A stretch of 64,000 bases of DNA from Ramazzottius varieornatus (taxonomy: Eukaryota; Animalia; Tardigrada): contig BDGG01000001.1 of assembly GCA_001949185.1 (NCBI GenBank), positions 758,128 through 822,127 of the forward strand. The letters run 5' to 3'. Positions 11,734 to 24,700 of the stretch are shown here, piece by piece. The notes below the pieces were generated by a model, which made no database searches, was not told where the DNA came from, and saw nothing but the letters and a program-made list of their open reading frames with translations. Every line of letters starts with the position of its first letter. The stretch's first letter is position 1. A program made the translations under genes and the position numbers.

Positions 11734-13102
11734 TACGTGCGCGAAGCCTCCGTCCGAATTTTTGATACGTAGATCTGCTGTTCACTTGGCAGTCAATCAA
11801 GCATCAATCCAGAGATGTTACGTCATCGAAGCGGACCCGCACGCCAAAGTACGACAATCTTGCTCTTCTTCTCGAATTTTAAGGCAGCATCCAGTATTAT
11901 CTCCACCGATACAGTTCATTCTGGATTATTCTGCCATGTCGGTTTGGGGATCAGAGAGTCCGGGATGGCGTAATCCTCTTGTCAGACGACGCGGAACAAC
12001 GAACTAGCGACTGGGCGAAACCTCGAAATTCTTCAAACCGTTGTCCATAAAGTCAGAAACTTTCAAGATTACCCAGCATCACCTGATGCAAGCGGCAACA
12101 TCCGCCGCAACCGTGACACTTGTGGACAGTAGCAAGTCAACGGCGAGCTTTCAAATGTTTTGCCGTTGTCGAACAACTGTAGCCATCATTGCGCTGTTGA
12201 ATTCGGCGTAATTTTTGCCAGGTGCTGCCTGCCGGAGCTATTGCTGCGCGATCCGGGGCCTTTTTTGCTCAGTCCAGTACCATTATTGCTCGGTGCGGTA
12301 CAATTGTTGTGCAATGTTACGCAGTGGGTATCTCGTTAGATGTAATCCTGAACACAGGGCGCACTGTTGTGCCACTGTGTCACCCGATCGGAGTCTTTCA
12401 AAACTTCGACATCTATGATATACGTGATAATATTATAAGCAAAGTGCTGTTTGAACAGGAGTGAAAGTTACAGACAGTCGTCGTACAAATCTCATCACTG
12501 TCTGAACCCATCATGTGGCATTACCAAAGTCCAAAATCAGTCAGACACCAATGAAGCGTGAGTAGGGCGTTAGTTATGTAGGTTTATTGGCGATGAATTA
12601 GGGCGGTATGGTCGGCCTGTTCGAACGATTAAAGCTTTAAATCGTGACGTTTTGGCCAGTCCAGCTACACACGTCATCAGACTATGGGCCTAGCAGTACC
12701 ACTGAGAGAATCATACTCAGACAATGATTGGACCGCACCATTCACAAATACTTTTAGTGCTGAAGAATACTGTAGGTCGGTTCCCGCCTCGAAAGGTCTG
12801 CTGTGTGCACTTAGCGGGGCCCTGTCAAACTGGTGCGACAAGCAGTAAACGATCCATTGTCTGCGGCAGGCAAAACTGCAGCGAAAGGCTACGGGTCTTC
12901 AGAAATTACTTTGACAACGGTTTTGGAAAAATCAAAGTGAACATACCGCGGCGAGAGCAGTGCTTAGTTTCATACCGTTCGTGTGCCAAGTTTGATAAGC
13001 GTACTGAAATCTTCGCGTACGGAAGCTTGTACTGCATAAGTTCTCCTCTGGTGTTACTCCCTACCAAATCGAAACTTTACGTTGCGACAGTATCCGAAAA
13101 CC

Positions 13103-13940
13103 ATGTTGTGGGGACCAGCGCTGTTACTACTGTCAGCGTTTTCGCCGTTTTGTACAGGTTCATCCTGTTTCAAAGCCGTTATTAACGTCAATGAAGTAAG
13201 GAAGTTGTTTCTCGGGGTTTCACGATACACACTTCATGTGGTTAGTCATGGCGCTGGAAATTCACATGTCACAAGCAGCTTCTGCATCCTTCATACAGAA
13301 GAGGTCGCTTCCTGCCATCTTGGCATCGATCCGTTCTGTACACAACTGGTGCTTGACATCCTGCCTGAAGCTGACGTCGACAGCGAGGCGATCCTCGCCA
13401 TTCCAAGTGGAGTCTCCTCATCACAGATGAAGTTCCTGTCCCTGAGCTGCGCAAGCAACAAAGAGCTTGGGATACATCATTCCTCAAAGACATCCACAAA
13501 AACCTCGTCCGTACAGCTTCAGAAAACCCTGAAGCGAGACTTCTTGCAGTTTCAGACACGAACTCGGGTTCATGGCTTTCTAATGTGAGATGTGACAGTT
13601 CAAACGCCCGATTTCAGTTCCGGACGGTACGTGTGCACCCGGGGCTGCTCGCTATGCTGTTCGCATGAGACCGATCAGCTGATCGGAAACGCGCTTGATT
13701 ACTTGATCAAGTCAAGCTATAGCCGGACGTCGATCAGCTGGTCGTGCTGCGCAGTGCGTGGCCAGCAGTCTCGTGCAGAAACGCTGTTCGGTTGCAGAAC
13801 AAGCAATTGTCACATCTCACAGGTAGGACTGTACCAGGACCTCGTGCAACGGAGCTGGCGGTCGGAAGCGGTTGGAAGGAAAGATGGCCGGCAGTGACCA
13901 GCATGCTTGTCGCATAGACTATTGCGCAGCGCCATGGCGA
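13103..13940 (+). CDS. Possible small secreted Cys-rich protein, multi-exon, structure unresolved
   Basis: ATG 13103 MLWGPALLLLSAFSPFCTG (signal-peptide-like), followed by a GAA|GTAAG donor at 13196 and Cys-rich downstream frames. No family recognised. Confidence 0.3.
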
Positions 13941-14197
13941 TAACGTCCATGTAAGGTCGCCGAAGTTCTGTCCGGTCATCGCATGTCGTCGAGGCGTATC
14001 TCCGATGGTTTCGGTGTGGCCAGGAACTGCTGTAAACCGCGCTGGGCAAACCATAGACCAACTCCGATACGTACTTCAAAGTACCGATCCAGTGGGACAG
14101 TTTTGTGTCCGGGTGCGTGTAGAAAGCCTGGCCGGAACTCGCAGGATTTGCTGTTGGCGTCATATCAATTAGCTGATCGGTACACACGTTTACCAAA

Positions 14198-14236
14198 TAT
14201 TTCACCCACCAACCGTTCCGGTTGGTGGGTGAAATA
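14198..14236. repeat. Perfect 18-bp hairpin with 3-nt loop
   Basis: TATTTCACCCACCAACCG-TTC-CGGTTGGTGGGTGAAATA. Confidence 0.95.
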
Positions 14237-17200
14237 AAGTTTGGCAGAAAAGGTAACAGTGCCAGCAAGGATGCCTGTAGGTCCCGGCTGAGGACAACAA
14301 GCCAGCTAGCGTACAGTAGACTTATGCTTCGACTTCTATGGCAATGGTTAACATTGATAGCGACAGTTCATTTATTCCCGCCTGTTTTGTCTTTTATGAT
14401 TTCGATTCATCATGATCCTCATTTTCATTTGGCCGCCCAACTCACGCACTGACTTTAACCAAGTAAACCTGGCACATCGTATACTCCTTCGGCTGTCGTC
14501 GCTTCATCCCATGTTCGACGGCGCTGGACATGAACTTCACCGATAACGGATATTCACAAAAATAATCGCTCTGGAAGCTTAGTCCTATCTTTCAATGGAT
14601 GCCGTTCGTCAAGCGGTGCGCGTCACTGTACAAAAAGAATCTATTCAAGTCATACGAGCTCCAACCCATTATCGCTTCCTATCTGATAAATACATGTACA
14701 CCTGCGCTTCCGCACGCGATATGCTCTCGCCTTCCCTTTCCCCCATCTACCATTGATAGACTGCTGTTCTTAACAAATCAAAGGTCGGCTCGTCGGGAAA
14801 ACTCAACGGTTACGAGGTCTCTCGAGCGCATGGAACCGGATGAAGTCAAATGCTGATTAATACACTTCACGTGGCAATTTCATCCTGTCGATAAAGCTCT
14901 CGCACCCGATCGACTTATGCAAGATTCAGACTAGTGGGATAATCCACAGCTGCTGAGCCAGCCACTCTAGGTGAGCGGCTTTGTTGTCCCCACACAACCA
15001 CTTTGCTTTAGTCTCCAGAGTCGCAACCTGTCTTTGTGTCCGACAAATGCCGCTAGCTGCTGACTGTCCCATTCCGCTCGGTAGCAAACTCATCCGGTTG
15101 ATATGGTGAATCGCGTCTCAGTTCAGAAGCGTCGAGAAGAGAGTGGCGACATTTAGTAATAAGGAACAGTCCGTCGTTCTGCGTATTGAATTCTCAAGGA
15201 CTTTCCTTGTAAAGTCGGTCCGCCGCTCGCATATCTGATATGGCTCTGCGAGCAACGGAACACTTGAAGGAAGGCGTACGACGCACGGCTTCGGATAACA
15301 TCGGAGCGCGGAAGGTTCGCCGACATCACGTCATCCTGTCTAGAACAAGTAAGTAGAACAAGTTTTTATACGTATAGCACGGATGCAATGTAAGAAATTT
15401 TCAAGGCCTTGATTTCGGTTGCTCTGGTTGTACCGTGACGTGAAAATTGGCCTGAATTTCAACAGACGGCCAAAAATATCAAGGCTGCAAATTTATGCAC
15501 AAGGTTTCAGCTTCACGAGTGCATCTTGTGTGTTCGCTCGGTCTTTGATACGTCATCGCGAAGAAGAGAAGAGGCTGTATGGGAATTGGCCAATATTAGC
15601 ATGTTCTACCCATCCGGAGAGAAAGCAACGCGTATGGATGATTGCGTGCGTTGCATGGATTTTCGATATACAGTAGGAATATTTCCTCAAGTACTTTGTA
15701 ATCATCTCCAAAGCAGATCCTTCCAATGCTACTCTCCCGACAAACAACTCAAAATTACTATATCCATACTCTATTATTGATTTCCAATGGGTCCATCGTA
15801 CTGTATCCTCACGTTCTCTCCCACATACCCGCCATATTTCTTCTGTACGTCATCGGTACCCTTTTACTGTTGAAGTCACGACCTTCGGTTTCCGTTACAG
15901 CACAGCTTTATCATGGATTAGCCCAGCCTTAAAGGCGGACTTCATTACATTCCCATTCAACCTCGGCAGACATCTCTCCGACAAAGGAACAGCGTAAATC
16001 ACGGTCCGCCGACGTTTGATGGAACGTAATAGCAACTAGTCAGACAAGCACGCAAAACACGACTATGTTAGAAAAAACACACTCTAGCCTTTTCTGTCTG
16101 TTGATACCAACGCAATCAATGCAGGGATTGCACAAAGAGGACTTTTCTGCTTATCGCCACATTGATTGATCCCAGCGATCTTCACAATAGAAAAGTGCAG
16201 CTGTCAGTAGTATAAGACTGTAGTCAATCAAAACCCGCCGGCGCACATCGGTGTCGTTATCGTCAATTGTATTGACACAAACTGTCATGTTGGATCATCT
16301 TTACCATATTGCTTCATTATAGCCCCCATGCAGTTTTTCGGTACAATAGCCGCAAGTATTTTTTCAGTACAGGATCAATAAAAAACTGCCACTGATTCCG
16401 GTACGAGAGTCCGCGTGTACAGTCTACTGGTATATGCTGACATTCCTGTGGCTAATACTGAATATTGAGCGTCATGGTGCGTAGAATGCCAGTAACTGGA
16501 GACCGTTTTGCAAGTCGTAAGATCCGGCTTTGGCCAGTTTCATGTCTTTCAACGACTGCGAGATTCCTGGCTTCTTCGCGTACGCTCGATTGCCTATAGA
16601 GCGAGTAGTTGGAAGAGCCGAGTTTCAGAGAGATTGAGAGTACGTGAGTAAACGATTAAACAGTGGGGAAGAAGTGCTATATATTCACTGAGCTCATGAG
16701 TATTGTGGCGCCGATCGGAATACCATTAACCACCAATGGTTCGTCAAACGATCCCACTTCGATCTTTTTGCCGTGTTGTCGATTGCACAGTTTTACAGCA
16801 CCACCGATTAGCCAGTTTATGCACTTTTGAATGCAAGCGGAACTTGCCGGTATTTGGGGTTTATTTCCGCGCTGTATTCATTTGATCAGAGCGTCAACTC
16901 ATTATTTTTGCACTGGAATCTTTTCGCGTGGAAAAGAAAGTCCGTAAATTTGTAAATGGATGATGACGAGAGGCAAGATGAAGTCTTGGGAGGCTCGGAT
17001 GTTGGTGCCTGCAGCGGTAAGCTGAATACGAGTTTAAAGCCGTCTACTGTTCGGGACATCGCGTGTGTTAGGTCGTGATTGCTCTTGGCGCCGAGTGACA
17101 AAGATCAAGTTGGTGTTGACAAGATCTAGTGTCAAAAAGTGAGAAGCTTTTGACGTTTGATGCGGAGCAATATCAATGGTGCGGAGCAATATTAATGGGT

Positions 17201-20200
17201 GTTGGCAGCAAATTGGGTAATGGAAAGCTCGCGCTGCGGTGTTGTATTTCCGTGCCGGAAATGAGATTCCACAGTGTTGAAAACTAATCGAAGGTCTGCC
17301 GGTTCTTCTTCTCTCCAAATTAGCAGACCGAAGAACGCGGATGATCTCCTCCATGATCGAAGACACTTGCCCGTGTTGCAATGAGCTGTGTACGTGTAAA
17401 GGAAGTCTTTAGTTTGTTTCAAATGCCCGAAACTGAGTTATTGTTTACCAGTTGCAGCCGTTCGACTGCAGCTGTGGAAGATTACGTTTAAACGATTTTC
17501 AGAGCATTAATTGACGGTCTTAGCCGAACGGAATATTTCCTTTGTGAAGAGCGACGCCAGATGGCAGTGCTAAAGGTCTTGCCAGATATCGCCAGTTTCG
17601 TTCTGTTTCCGTACCGTGCTGCTCTTTGTTGATACATCACCTAGGTCCTTTTCGAGTTCCAACTCTACTTCATTGGTATTATGACTTACGTCAAAACAGC
17701 AATTTCCGGTGTGAGTTATTTGGCAAAGTGGAGAAAGTGAGTGTTTCTTGTCTAACCCAGGATCCGGCAACCAGGAACCTGTCATTCGCGAAAGACCAGA
17801 TTAGATCATTGCAACTGTGATCATGCAGATGTACCAAAAGATATGGGGCAACGTTTGGACGCCATGAGCAAATTTTCTGGACGCGCTTAATTCGTCGTTC
17901 AACTCGCAAGGTTTCACTTCTCGCTGCTGCCGTCATTCGTCGAATTCATTATTGTCCCTAATTACTGGCAACACAAACACGTTGTCGTCACTTCCGTTTG
18001 TCGACTATATTTTTGTCTTTACCTGTCTTTACCTGATGGATAGAGACATCCCGTTGAGCGGGATCAAGGCATGCCTCTTTAGTGGTCTGGAAGTGAAGAC
18101 CTGCCAATCACAGGTACACAGGCTGTTGTACCGTTCGCTTATTGATAAAGTGCCCTGTCAGGCATGTAAGAGCGTAAAAGAGCAACTTGCTGTCAACTTA
18201 CGTCACAAGCTGCCTGCGCTGTCTCATTACCGATAATTCACGTTGCGGTAGGGCTGGCTCATGGCGGCCCAGGTTTTCACGCTGTATCGACTGACATGGC
18301 CCTAAGGGCTCTCACGTACAAGTCAAAGCTTCGCTCTCCCATCCGATGCACCCACCGTCACCGTGGGTTGTCTGCCTCCCTTACAAATTGGTTCCGTAAT
18401 TCAGTGGTTACCTTGGCGGTATGGCAGCTAAGCGTCGTCAGGTTATCCGTAATCTGATTCTACTCTCCTGTTCCGTCCTTTGATCGACCTTGTGCATACA
18501 CCGTACCTTCTTCACGCAGGAAACTTTCGAAACTCAGCATATTGTCGCTTGATAAATTCCAATCGTTTGACCGCTGATGAGAAAGAATTCCTCGTCCATG
18601 ATCTGTCTATTCCCTAGAGTATTATTTGAATAAATTCTTAATTCAATCAACCAAATCATCACGGTGCGGGTTATGTCATGCCATATCTTCAACTTGAAGT
18701 GTATTTTGGATTTTTGATTGTTGGAAGCCTCAGTGCAGAGTTCTATTTCGATTTATGATTGATGTTGATCATGTGCAGGTCGATCACTACGGAAGACAGC
18801 ATGCAGACGAAATATGATCTTGGTTACATTACGCTAGCTTGCGGACGGCGATGAAATCCCATACGTCGATAGCAAAGCTGGATTGCGTTAGGAAGCCGGG
18901 ATATTTGATAGTTTGGACCGGAAGCTGGAGATGTGCAGGCTTGTGGTGGAGCCATAACGAGTTCGGCCCATGATCACGAAAGGCCAGCTCGGTTCGCTAT
19001 TGTGTTGATGGGCATTTGCGTTGGACGTCCCGCTAGCCTCAGTTCGGCTACTGAGCAATACCTGTTCAAAAAGACGCCCTCTCGGAGTTCCAAAGGTACA
19101 TGGCAACAGATTGACGCGTCTAACCCAATTTGTTTTCATGAGCGATCCGCGGTTGCGCCGTGCAAAAGCAAAGACGTGTCCGAAGAAGCAGTCCTTAGTT
19201 TTGAAAATAATGATCTGTCTACCGGCAGGATTAACCAGATATTCACCACGACCCGGCGCGGAAAAAGGATAGTGGGTGTAGTTGCTGCTTTAATAATATA
19301 ATATGGGGGAAAGCTCTGCACTTCTGGTTAGAATATGAGTTGGCATTCTGTTTGGCTTTGTCATGTGACACGACGTCTGTACAGGAAGGTCGCTGCGCAC
19401 TGGAGTGGAAAGGTTTACATATCGATTTGTTGTTAGCATTTTCCGGCGGTATTTTTCCCCCTCAGTAAATTGGGGGGAAAAGGTCGTGTTTCCTTTGTGT
19501 ACGTAGATCAAAAGATTGAGTTGCACAGCAAGCTCGTCGGCACGCACCCAGCACCGATGCATCAGACTGTACACAGCGTTCTTTGAGCCAAAAGTAGCCC
19601 TTTTCTTCTTCTCCAAAAAGCCACTTCGTTTGAGCTCACTTCCCTAATGAGCTAGCTGCTGAATCGCAACCAGAGAGCGTCGATCATCTTCTGTCGAACA
19701 GCGACGCAGCCTGCATTTGCTATTGGTATTAGTTTACGCGCATTTTTCTACGGAATGTTACAGTATAACGTGCAGTGAATCCATGTTTCACCCAGACTAA
19801 GAAAGGCAACTCTACGAGCCGTCGTGCCACTGGGCTTTCGTAAACTCCCGGTTTCAAGGCTTCTGAAAGTCAGACTGCGATCTAGACTCCTTGTTGCAGG
19901 CCCTAATAAACAAAATCCAGTTGACATATCCGGACGGATGTGAAGGTGGGCTCAGTCCTGTGGAGAGGTTGGAAAGGACAGCCCGCGGATGTCAGCTTTC
20001 AGGAGTGCTCGACATTCAAAAAGGTGTATCCGGGGCTGTTCAGGCTCCCCGTGTCGCCTGTAACGAGCTGACCTTCCTTCCCGCTCAATCGATCCGGCTC
20101 TTTCCGCGCCGCTTCCTCTTCCTGTCAAAATGCCGCCACAGTGGAGTTTTTTAAGTATCTATAGTCACGTCACGGCTGATCTGGCTTCTATCCATTCGGC

Positions 20201-20551
20201 ACTCCCTTCATTTGTCTGTGCAGGTTGCGGCATCGCCCTCATCAGGCATTACCTGCGCATGCCACCAAGCACCTTCATGACTTGTTTAATGATCACTACC
20301 TTGCACACATCATCAATATCAGATAACGGGCGATGAAAAACCATCAGTCGATAATAACCAGGGCATAAATGGTACCACCAATAAAGTGGTGGAAAAGTCA
20401 GTCATTGGCGACTCGCGTGCAGCATCAACTCAAGCACTTCGGGATGATGTATCCGTACCATAAGATCTTGCCTAAAAACCATCCTTTTTTCCAGACCGAA
20501 GAGCACACTTAACCATGGCAGACAATCTTGCAGATGTGAGGTCGGTGCGTA

Positions 20552-20747
20552 CACGCACGAAGGGAAAGTTTGGAACAGTAAAAAGTTTGGAACGGGCGGA
20601 AAAGGCGGCAAATGGAGAATTAAATCGTAGCAAATTGCCAAAAAGCGCATCGGTATAAATTGCACACGTACGCACGGACTTCCGTTCCGCTGTTTCGAGA
20701 TCGCCTCTTCCAAATTTTTACTGTTCCAAACTTTCCCTTCGTGCGTG
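20552..20747. mobile_element. MITE, CACGC-ended family, copy A
   Basis: Perfect 33-bp TIR CACGCACGAAGGGAAAGTTTGGAACAGTAAAAA flanked by TA. Interior shares motifs (GGCGGAAAAGRCGGC, CGTAG.AAA.TG, CGTACG.AC) with 33474-33928 and 40631-40828. Confidence 0.9.
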
Positions 20748-21795
20748 TACAGTTTTTCCACCGCACTGCGGCATTGCAGGGCATCTGCCCCTCCCCCTCC
20801 GTTGTTTTTCGCTGGTTTCCCCCCACGAAAAATATGGTTTTCGCATTCTCTGGCTTCTTGGGCTATAACCAAGCATCAACGTTTTGCTCTCCGCGTGACG
20901 CACAGTACGACCCCTTCAAAGTGCGGCTGAGCTCCTACTTTGCCGGCTACAGCGAAAAGCGGAGATTGGTCTTGAGCTCTTTCCACTAATGATGTTGCCT
21001 TTTGAGACAAACAGCTGGTAGCAACAGGAAGGCGCTAAGCCGACCACTGTGCGTTGGCTAACGAGGGCACTGCACATGCATGCCGTCCACGAGCTAAGCC
21101 ACCATTGACGTCATGCACTACGGGATAAGATCACAAATGGCAGTAAATGAAGAAGGGTATATTGAGTGCGGCAGCACGTAGCTGGTGTTGACAAGGACCA
21201 GCATTTAGGTGGTGATTACACGCGCCACAGCAGTGATCGTAGGCTAGAACCGATCCATCGAACTTGACATCAATTACAGCCCGTTAGGATCCCTCCTGTC
21301 TGAAGCTATTGGTCCTCCATCGGGCTAGTTACTTTCCTGCCCGCGGAAAAGAGGAAAAGGGAGCGCACATCGCTATCCGTGGAGAGTACTGATCAGGGCA
21401 ATACGGTGGCCGGCACCAATGTGTCGATAGATTCACCGTGGGGGGCGGCAAAGGAGCTCTGAGCCGTATCATCAAACGTAATGCATACGGTCATTATTGA
21501 CAGGGTCGCCCTGTCAACATGTGGCATGTCTGTCCCTCTCCTCTTTTGGCTCCCTTTCTCCGCCACACATTCCATTTCTTTGTCAACTCACTGTGTGTAC
21601 AAATGCCATTGTTACGAGTTAGGACATTAATTAATTCCTGGAGCACGTAATCCATGCCTGGAGCTTCATGTATATTTAGCATGTCTTGATGGAAAGGACG
21701 GCCAACAAATATTCGATCGCATGTTTAATAATGCTGATAATATGAATTGGATGTTCAGTTGCGCAGTGGACTCCAGTCCGTTTGTTCGTTGATCT

Positions 21796-24700
21796 ATGGC
21801 TTCCGAGCGAGAAAAAGCTTATCGCAAGAAGTCCATCTCAGCGAGCACCACCATCACCATTGATGGATTCCAGTACAGGATCGGTGAGTTAGACTTTTTG
21901 CCCGTTGCTAACAAGCTTTCGGCCACATGCTACGTGCTGCATTGGTGTCGGTCCTTGAAAATCTGGGAGCGAAGCCGACTTTTTCTGTCTGCTGAGTTCG
22001 TGCTCTTGTCCAGAAAGCGTTGATGGCGTGACTAGCGTGTTGCTGGTTATGCGTTGCGCAAGCTGCGTAGGCGCAAGTGTGCGTGACCTGCTGGATCGAT
22101 GTGGTGAACTGTCCTGCCGTTTCGAGATCTCCTCGGCAGGTACCTGGTCTATGGTAACGTTATGGATGATGTCCGTTGCTGTCGTTGAAGGTCTAATCAA
22201 TGACAGAAAGGACTGCGTGATTGAGTTACGTTTGCCTCAGTAAGACGAGGATGTTTATGGATGAGTAGCGAACCGGCAACTGTATATGTCAATGCAGACC
22301 AGCTGTTAAGACTGCGACTCAGTGCAAAGATCGCGTGTCCGTTGTGAAACCCAGCGCGTTTATTTTGTCCAAAAAGTGAGCCACTGTGGCTTCTGGTACA
22401 AATGGCGAGTTAAATTCGTCGAGCGAGACGGTTATATCAAAATGTTGAGCCATTGCAGTGTAGCTGCTTTTGTCAGCGGTCTGTAATCATTCTACGACAA
22501 TTCATTCAGTTAACGCAATGACACTGTATAACAGCACTGATCACGGCGGCTGCGTACCGAAACATCCCTTCAACATTCACCCTTTTCCCCGCAAGCGGTA
22601 ATCCAAAGCGCTTTGCCGTCACCTCCGAGGAAAATAATTAAAAAGCCGGTTTCCCGGATTTCGAACTCAAAGATAATCCGCATACAGCCCGAGGAAATCT
22701 GCCAGCAAGCTTGAATGACCATTATTGCACAGGTATACCAGCTTAAATTCCGCATTCTGACCTACCCTATGTTGTCGACCTTTGCGTAATCCTTATTCCC
22801 CGCAGTCCGCTCATTCTCCTTCGATCAGGGAATACTTGCCAGCAACCCTGGCATTGCTTTCAGACTGCAGCCAGGTCTCCAGTCCGCCATCCATCGATTT
22901 CTCCTCCCACGCACCCAGCTTCGTTGCATGCGCATCGCATGTCTCCTCTTTCTCTCGACACGTATAGCCTCTGTCACTAAGCCGTAACGAACCCAAAGGT
23001 GCCACCTCGTTCATGGACGGCTTAAGCTCCAGGCCATACAATGTGTTCCCAGAAATGCTCCGAGCCATTCAGAAACACCTTCAACCCAATCAATGTGGCG
23101 ATCGCCCATAGCTTTCTCTATCTCCTGCAACCGCTCACACTTATATTCGACACGTATGATGGTTCTTCATGTCTTCGTATACGTGTGACATTTCTTCCCA
23201 GTCCTTTGAATCTACGCACGCAACCTACAGCCACGCTGTATATAGACATGCATCTTTATACCACAGAGTATCGACTAAAATATGTCCGTGAGGAATCGGC
23301 TGAACAGGGGGTGTGGAGCATTTCTGTCGACGAGCTTGCTGGTAGCGCTGCAGGGCGATTACCCTTGACTTTTAAGTTGGAAGATAGGTGTTAAGTGCTG
23401 CGAAAGCGCACTTTATTAAATTAGTCTGACTTGTCTTGGTAATTCAGCCACGGTGGTTGCTGACGAAACGTGGAGTGCCTCTGTAGTCTCGCGTGCACTG
23501 TAGATTCAAGTGGAGAGTGTTACAGTCAGGGCGACATGCTTCTTCTGTAATTTGAGTGTCCGTCAAATAGTCCCCTCTAGAACGTGCTAGAGTGGGCTTG
23601 CCATTGACTGCCATTATGGAAGAGGCCTTGCGACGCCTCAAGCAGTTTTTCCGTAAGACTTTAAGAGCAGTCCTCGGCCTGAAGGGGGCACGGTTCGAAC
23701 AGTAAGACTTGCTGTCAGACATACGTGTGCTGTTTTGTAGTTGCAAACGCTCCGGAGCCGATCCGTCCCAGCGACTTCACTGCCTTTCCGCCAGCAAACG
23801 CCGACGGAGCACTTTTGAAGAACGCCGCAGCTGACCTAGCTGCCAAAAGCTCCACCACGGTCTCTTCCAATAGTCCCTCCGAACAGCTTCCTCCCACCCT
23901 TCTGAAACGTAGGTTAAATTGCTCTCGAGGCCGAATTTCCAACATTGCCTCTCAAAATTATTTCTGACATTTTCCCCAAAACGGTCTTTGCTCGCTAATG
24001 AGATTTGGCCTTTGGAATAAAACGGTGTTCGATCATTATTGACAGGGCACTCTACCAGCTCGGGACTGCGCCAGCGGAAGCCCTCGACGCAGAAAATCTC
24101 CTCCGAGGCCGTTAATGGTTTGGGTGCGGAGGCGATCGGCTTGTCCCTGAAAGATGCGCCGTTACCCAGCTCGACCGAAGCGATTCACTTGGCAATTGCC
24201 AGGTAAGGCTTCACCTCCCACCAGCACCAATTCATCAATAATGCACTACCTTTTGAGAAGGCTAGATACCTGGAAAAAAGATACCGCGACAATGGGCACC
24301 ACGCCGTCATTTCCGCGACTTCTTTTACAATAATCGATCGTCTTCTTCTTTACAACCCCAGTATTTCAATCAGTCAAGAATTTTTTTTCTAATCCCAAAT
24401 TTGAGAGAGATTGCTGAGAATCAATTTCTTGTGGCCCATTTCGTATAGTGAACGGACTGCGAGCCAGTCAGACATCATCAAATTTTTTTCCCTTGACTTT
24501 AGAAAAGACAACGAAGCAAAAAGGCCTTGTGCGGCTTTTTCCCACGAATGCACAGAGCTTCCTTTCTAGGTTGAGACAGATGGTCCAGCTGATCGGCGAT
24601 GGATCCTCCCTGCTGGATCTTCCCTTGGAGGATGTCAAAGCCAACTTGGAATTCTCGGCCAAAGTCCTGGAGAATGTATACGAGGAAGAACACAGGTATG

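Noticed and set aside
9500-12500. Scattered short ORFs and splice-like sites
   Set aside because: No consistent reading frame or recognisable protein motif could be assembled.
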